From Macrostomum lignano (Eukaryota), in contig NIVC01000195.1 in NCBI GenBank assembly GCA_002269645.1, forward strand, positions 124,001 to 188,000: a stretch of DNA of 64,000 nt. The letters run 5' to 3'. Both the position numbers and the translations under genes were made by a program. The notes beneath the pieces were generated by a model, which worked only from the letters and a program-made list of their open reading frames with translations, searched no databases and was not told the origin of the DNA. This document shows, one piece after another, positions 57,455 to 64,000 of the stretch (the stretch's first letter is position 1; each line of letters opens with the position of its first letter).

Positions 57455-58277
57455 GGGGTCCTTGGACTGGGGTCCTTGGACTGGGGTCCTTGGACTGGGG
57501 TCCTTGGACTGGGGTCCTTGGACTGGGGTCCTTGGACTGGGGTCCTTGGACTGGGGTCCTTGGACTGGGGTCCTTGGACTGGGGTCCTTGGACTGGGGTC
57601 CTTGGACTGGGGTCCTTGGACTGGGGTCCTTGGACTGGGGTCCTTGGACTGGGGTCCTTGGACTGGGGTCCTTGGACTGGGGTCCTTGGACTGGGGTCCT
57701 TGGACTGGGGTCCTTGGACTGGGGTCCTTGGACTGGGGTCCTTGGACTGGGGTCCTTGGACTGGGGTCCTTGGACTGGGGTCCTTGGACTGGGATCCTTG
57801 GACTGGGGTCCTTGGACTGGGGTCCTTGGACTGGGGTCCTTGGACTGGGGTCCTTGGACTGGGGTCCTTGGACTGGGGTCCTTGGACTGGGGTCCTTGGA
57901 CTGGGGTCCTTGGACTGGAGTCCTTGGACTGGAGTCCTTGGACTGGGGTCCTTGGACTGGAGTCCTTGGACTGGAGTCCTTGGACTGGGGTTTCAGCCGC
58001 ACATTGAGACTCAGCCGCACATTAAGACTCAGCCGCACATTGAGACTCAGCCGCACATTGAGACTCAGCCGCACATTGAGACTCAGCCGCACATTGAGAA
58101 TCAGCCGCACATTGAGACTCAGCCGCACATTGAGACTCAGCCGCACATTGAGACTCAGCCGCACATTGAGACTCAGCCGCACATTGAGACTCAGCCGCAC
58201 ATTGAGACTCAGCCGCACATTGAGACTCAGCCGCACATTGAGACTCAGCCGCACATTGAGAATCAGCCGCACATTCA
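57455..58277. repeat. Compound array: 14-bp unit (~38 copies) abutting an 18-bp unit (~16 copies)
   Basis: GGGGTCCTTGGACT to ~57990, then TCAGCCGCACATTGAGAC. Confidence 0.96.
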
Positions 58278-58849
58278 GTTTCACACAAGAGCTCGTTGCA
58301 CTTGCATTCGTGCTTCAACGATATTAATGATAAGCTATACCAGGTCATGCCAGAACCGGTCACTTATCTAATCAATCTGCCAGTGTCACATTGGCAGCTT
58401 GATTGCCGATTCCTGAGAGCTCCTGAATCATTAATAGGGCAAATTTCATCCCGACCGATTGCCCCAGATGTGCTTCTGCTCGAAACTGGTGACCGCAGAG
58501 CTGGCCGAGCCTGTCTCAGCTTACGGTGGTGGGGTGGGGGTACAGCGGGGGGCACAGCGGCCGAGAGCAGTAAAATGCCGAGGCTCGGCAGGCAAAATGC
58601 CGCATTGATCGATTTGGCAATTGCGGACTGCAGCAATGCGAAATGAGAGATCCGAGACGGCGGCGAGGGAAGGGGAGGGCGTGCCGCGGACCCGAGCTGA
58701 CCGGCTTCATCTCGGCGCAAGCTAAGGGGAAGAGGAGGGCTACGATGCAGTGCCCTGCTGCAGTTCATTGTGCAGTAGTGAGCTGCAAAAAAGCAGCGCA
58801 CAGTCCAAGGACCCAGATTTGCCGCTGATGAACTTTGCCACTGCATGTG

Positions 58850-59600
58850 CGGTGAAGGAATAGAGCTGATTGCTAATCTAGCCAACTTGGGTGAAGGAAT
58901 AGAGCTGATTGCTAATCTAGCCAACTTGGGTGAAGGAATAGAGCGGATTGCTAATCTAGCCAACTTGGGTGAAGGAATAGAGCGGATTGCTAATCTAGCC
59001 AACTTGGGTGAAGGAATAGAGCGGATTGCTAATCTAGCCAACTTGGGTGAAGGAATAGAGCGGATTGCTAATCTAGCCAACTTGGGTGAAGGAATAGAGC
59101 GGATTGCTAATCTAGCCAACTTGGGTGAAGGAATAGAGCGGATTGCTAATCTAGCCAACTTGGGTGAAGGAATAGAGCGGATTGCTAATCTAGCCAACTT
59201 GGGTGAAGGAATAGAGCTGATTGCTAATCTAGCCAACTTGGGTGAAGGAATAGAGCGGATTGCTAATCTAGCCAACTTAGGTGAAGGAATAGAGCTGATT
59301 GCTAATCTAGCCAACTTGGGTGAAGGAATAGAGCGGATTGCTAATCTAGCCAACTTGGGTGAAGGAATAGAGCTGATTGCTAATATAGCCAACTTGGGTG
59401 AAGGAATAGAGCTGATTGCTTATCTAGCCAACATGGATTGGAGGATTTGGGTGGATTGCTAATCTAGCCAACATGGAATGGAGGATTTGGGTGGATTGCT
59501 AATCTAGCCAACATCGATTGTGGGATTTGGATGGATTGCTAATCTAGCCAACATGGATTGGAGGATTTGGGTGGATTGCTAATCTAGCCAACATGGTTGG
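58850..59600. repeat. 39-bp minisatellite, ~19 copies
   Basis: Unit GATTGCTAATCTAGCCAACTTGGGTGAAGGAATAGAGCG, with diverged units at the 3' end. Confidence 0.95.
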
Positions 59601-60049
59601 GGGTAGATTGACTCTGTCTTTCTCGCACACCTTCGCTGATCAACCCTCCCAAATATTTGGTCATCCATTGCAAAAATAATCCTATGTCTAATCTTCGTGC
59701 ATTGCCTACTGGAAGTAGAGAGGGCCCAAGTGTCTAAATATTTATTCACATCGGAGGAAACGATCTGCTCTCAAACCAGTCCCTACCCAGGTGGTCCTGT
59801 AGCTAACTGATGCCGTCAATATCCAATTTGGAAAATAGGAGACGAAAGCAGCTGCTGGATGGATAACAAGATGACGCTAGATGCCAATCCGGAGCCCGAT
59901 ATCCAGCTGCTTCTGGGATAAATTGGTCAAACCAATCTTCTGTTGCAAAACAGTCCTACAGCTCCACTTGAATAGAGCGCAATTGAGCAAGCAGCTCTGC
60001 GCCTGCATTTAGCCTGCAATCACGGCTGCTTGCGCTCTGTGCGCTTCTG

Positions 60050-61560
60050 ATTCATTTTCACCCTCCTCTTCACCCTCCTCTCCACCCTCCTCTCTACCCT
60101 CCTCTCCACCCTCCTCTTCACCCTCCTCTCCACGCTCTTCTCCACCCTTCTCTCCACCCTCCTCTCCACCATCCTCTCTATCCTCCTCTCCACCCTCATT
60201 TTCACCTCCCTCTTCACCTTCCACTTCACTCTCCTCTTCATCATTCTGACCTCCTTTACACCTGCCAGTTTACCCTCCTCTTCGCCTCCTCTCCCCTCCT
60301 CTGCCCTCCTCTCCCCTCCTCTCCCCTGCTCTCCCTTCCTCTCCCCTCCTCTGCCCTCCTCTCCCCTCCTCTGCCCTCCTCTACTCTCCTCTACCTTCCT
60401 CTCCCCTCCTCTGCCCTCCTCTGCCCTCCTCTCCCCTGCTGTCCCTTCCTCTCCCCTCCTCTGCCCTCCTCTCCCCTGCACTCCCTTCCTCTCCCCTCCT
60501 CTGCCCTCCTCTGCCCTCCTCTCCCCTCCTCTGCCCTCCTCTCCCCTGCTCTCCCTTCCTCTCCCCTCTTCTGCCCTCCTCTCCCCTCCTCTGCCCTCCT
60601 CTGCCCTCCTCTGCCCTCCTCTGCCCTCCTCTACCCTCCTCTACCCTCCTCTGCCCTCCTCTCCCCTGCACTCCCTTCCTCTCCCCTCCTCTCCCCTCCT
60701 CTGCCCTCCTCTCCCCTGCACTCCCTTTCTCTCCCCTGCTCTCCCTTCCTCTCCCCTCTTCTGCCCTCCTCTCCCCTCCTCTGCCCTCCTCTGCCCTCCT
60801 CTGCCCTCCTCTGCCCTCCTCTACCCTCCTCTACCCTCCTCTGCCCTCCTCTCCCCTGCACTCCCTTCCTCTCCCCTCCTCTCCCCTCCTCTGCCCTCCT
60901 CTCCCCTGCACTCCCTTTCTCTCCCCTCCTCTGCCCTCCTCTGCCCTCCTCTCCCCTCCTCTGCCCTCCTCTCCCCTCCTCTGCCCTCCTCTCCCCTCCT
61001 CTGCCCTCCTCTCCCCTCCTCTGCCCTCCTCTCCCCTCCTCTGCCCTCCTCTCCCCTGCTCTCCCTTCCTCTCCCCTCTTCTGCCCTCCTCTCCCCTCCT
61101 CTGCCCTCCTCTCCCCTGCTCTCCCTTCCTCTCCCCTCTTCTGCCCTCCTCTCCCCTCCTCTGCCCTCCTCTCCCCTCCTCTGCCCTCCTCTCCCCTCCT
61201 CTGCCCTCCTCTGCCCTCCTCTCCCCTCCTCTACCCTCCTCTACCCTCCTCTGCCCTCCTCTCCCCTGCACTCCCTTCCTCTCCCCTCCTCTGCCCTCCT
61301 CTCCCCTGCTCTGCCATCCTCTCCCCTGCTCTCCCTTCCTCTCCCCTCTTCTGCCCTCCTCTCCCCTCTCCCCTCCTCTCCCTCTCTCCCTCCTCTCCCT
61401 CCTCTGCCCTCCTCTCCCCTCCTCTGCCCTCCTCTACCCTCCTCTCCCCTCCTCTACCCTCCTCTACCCTCCTCTCCCCTCATCTTACCTCCTCTCCCCC
61501 CTGTCCCCTGCTCTCTCCCCCTCCTCCTCTCTCTTTCCACTCGTCTTTACCCCTCCTGTT
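60050..61560. repeat. 1.5-kb polypyrimidine/polypurine tract (10-bp unit)
   Basis: (CCTCTCCCCT / CCTCTGCCCT)n, almost all pyrimidines on the plus strand. Confidence 0.96.
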
Positions 61561-62162
61561 CACCCTCCCTGGTCTCCATTAAATAAACGTCCCCATGTCT
61601 CCCTCTGGTGACTCTTTTTCTCCGAGCTGGGCTTCAATGCTCTGTCGAAGGCTTACTTCTGTTCTCAAGCAGAGTTTGAGCAAACGCTCAAATCTTCCAA
61701 AGAGTTCAGCTCGCGGTCATCCTTGGTTGGAACCAGCCCTTAATCTAACGAATTTCTTAGTTCGCTACTGCGCAGTAGCGGCCTGCGACTATTGGCATTT
61801 CTATTTAAGAAGCCCCCAGGGACTCCCTCGGGTGAGGATCTGATTGAAGGCAGATCCACTGGGATTTCGCAGCGGATTATCGCGCTGGCCCCAACAGTTT
61901 GTTGTTCCAGGAGGCTGCGGCTGCCATTTTGGCATCCGACTGCTCAGGGAGGGGAGTCGCTGAGCTAAGCCAGCTTAATTAATAGTCATGATTAAACATT
62001 AATGAGAGCAGCACGGCTGAAGGCCCCGTGTTTAGCGAAGTGGCGCCGCGCCCTCCGCTACTCAGTCGTCGCTCTCTGCTTGCTCTGCGAGCAGCAACTC
62101 AGCCTGCAAGTCTCGCAGGATCCCCCATACAATTTCTCACCTCCTCCTCCGCCTCTCCCAAG

Positions 62163-62263
62163 ATGTAAAAGAAAATAAGGGGGCTAAGAAGAGCAGCGAA
62201 ACGGGAGAGGCTCTGGCTCCGGTTTCCTTCTCTGCCGGGTTTGCACCCGCAGCAGCAGCACCC

Positions 62264-62299
<36 letters not shown>

Positions 62300-62734
62300 G
62301 GGACTCCCCCGGCTTCCCAGTCTAAAATTGAGCGAGTCGCAGCCCCGTCTGCCCAATGGCGGAGCGGCTGTGCAGCGGCCTGGGCGGGCAGGGGTGGCGG
62401 GGGGCGCGGGGGGCGATAGCGGAAGCGGGGGCTGTGGCAGGGCGATACAAAAGGAAGACAAGACTTGGAGACAGCGGCCGGATCAGATAACCAGCATCCT
62501 GGCTCAGCCGCATCAATCACAACGTCAGGACTGGAAGATGCTGTCGCGAACCGCTGCGGCAAGCGCTGGCCAGGCAGACTTGGCCGGCCTGACTGGGCCA
62601 CGGCGGGTTCGCTTTGAGCCGCACTGCAGGTCCGTGGCGGCGGCGGCTGCTGAGACAGCCGGGCATCGGGAGGGAGTGCAGGCGCCACATCTACCGTGTC
62701 CTGGCGGCAGGAGGCACTCTTGTCACACCTGCTG
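62163..62734 (+). other. Probable GC-rich exon of an unidentified gene with a (CAG)n tract
   Basis: Pyrimidine-rich acceptor ...CCTCTCCCAAG near 62162 and a CTG|GTGAGT donor near 62735. Frame and even strand are ambiguous. Confidence 0.3.
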
Positions 62735-63162
62735 GTGAGTGACTCTCTGAAGAGCACTCTCGCTCTCTCTCTTTCCTGTCACACCTGCTGGTGAGTAACT
62801 CTCTGAAGAGCACTCTCTCTCTCTCTCTCTCTCTCTTGTCACACCTGCTGGTGAGTGACTCTCTGAAGAGCACTCTCGCTCTCTCTCTTTCCTGTCACAC
62901 CTGCTGGTGAGTAACTCTCTGAAGAGCACTCTCTCTCTCTCTCTCTCTCTCTTGTCACACCTGCTGGTGAGTGACTCTCTGAAGAGCACTCTCTCTCTCT
63001 CTCTCTTTCCTGTCACACCTGCTGGTGAGTGACTCTCTGAAGAGCACTCTCGCTCTCTCTCTCTCTTTCCTGTCACACCTGCTGGTGAGTGACTCTCTGA
63101 AGAGCACTCTCTCTCTCTCTCTCTTTCCTGTCACACCTGCTGGTGAGTGACTCTCTGAAGAG

Positions 63163-63197
<35 letters not shown>

Positions 63198-63269
63198 CTG
63201 CTGGTGAGTGACTCTCTCTCTCTCTCTCTCTCTCCTGTCACACCTGCTGGTGAGTGACTCTCTGAAGAG

Positions 63270-63344
<75 letters not shown>

Positions 63345-63609
63345 CACACCTGCTGGTGAGTGACTCTCTGAAGAGCACTCTCTCTCTCTCTCTCTCTCTT
63401 GTCACACCTGCTGGTGAGTGACTCTCTGAAGAGCACTCTCTCTCTCTCTCTCTCTCTCTTGTCACACCTGCTGGTGAGTGACTCTCTGAAGAGCACTCTC
63501 TCTCTCTCTCTCTTTCCTGTCACACCTGCTGGTGAGTGACTCTCTGAAGAGCACTCTCTCTCTCTCTCTCTTTCCTGTCACACCTGCTGGTGAGTGACTC
63601 TCTGAAGAG

Positions 63610-63666
<57 letters not shown>

Positions 63667-63755
63667 CACACCTGCTGGTGAGTGACTCTCTGAAGAGCAC
63701 TCTCTCTCTCTCTCTCTTTCCTGTCACACCTGCTGGTGAGTGACTCTCTGAAGAG

Positions 63756-63826
<71 letters not shown>

Positions 63827-64000
63827 CACACCTGCTGGTGAGTGACTCTCTGAAGAGCACTCTCGCTCTCTCTCTTTCCTGTCACACCTGCTGGTGAGTA
63901 ACTCTCTGAAGAGCACTCTCTCTCTCTCTCTCTCTCTTGTCACACCTGCTGGTGAGTGACTCTCTGAAGAGCACTCTCTCTCTCTCTCTCTTTCCTGTCA
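62715..64000. repeat. Compound minisatellite (~37-bp core + variable (CT)n), ~20 copies, running off the window
   Basis: Core TGTCACACCTGCTGGTGAGTGACTCTCTGAAGAGCAC. Confidence 0.96.

Larger units (their letters stand above)
55765..61950 (-). other. Possible exons of an unidentified minus-strand gene, separated by minisatellites
   Basis: Short non-repetitive coding-like blocks, e.g. 55765-56000 (...NAAAAIVRVATQLQLLSMGNAEKLIKVLMIFCAGY*), 57330-57440, 58380-58500, 58740-58850, 59800-59940. Not assembled, no homology recognised. Confidence 0.25.

Noticed and set aside
55765-61271. Repeat-derived ORFs (QDSTQEPH, LGSLDWGPWTGV, ankyrin-like LANLGEGIE, RG-rich)
   Set aside because: Each maps exactly onto a tandem array or the polypurine tract.

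Overview
Eukaryotic (metazoan) genomic DNA with GC-rich exons and AT-rich spacers. About one third of the window (~22 kb) is made of more than 25 mostly unrelated minisatellites, which produce most of the long ORFs in the ORF track. The style resembles the flatworm Macrostomum; this is inference only. Resolvable host genes, all on the minus strand: PINCH/LIMS (8 exons, including two alternative exons for the first zinc finger of LIM1), an intronless vWA + Lys-repeat + ET/GIY-YIG-like gene with an apparent frameshift, an intronless TMEM272-like gene, TMEM68 (3 exons) and CASD1 (4 exons, catalytic His apparently replaced by Ser). Mobile DNA: an intact hAT transposon (13-bp TIRs, 8-bp TSD, 791-aa transposase) just 3' of the PINCH stop codon with a nested MITE, a young but gag/protease-deleted BEL/Pao LTR element (5-bp TSD), a degenerate RTE LINE, two tRNA-CORE SINEs and several MITEs. 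A 63-bp 28S rRNA fragment covering the R2 target site is also present. The 50-64 kb part holds probable exons of unidentified genes that could not be assembled. No CRISPR array or functional rRNA/tRNA gene was found. All homology calls come from remembered family motifs, not database searches.
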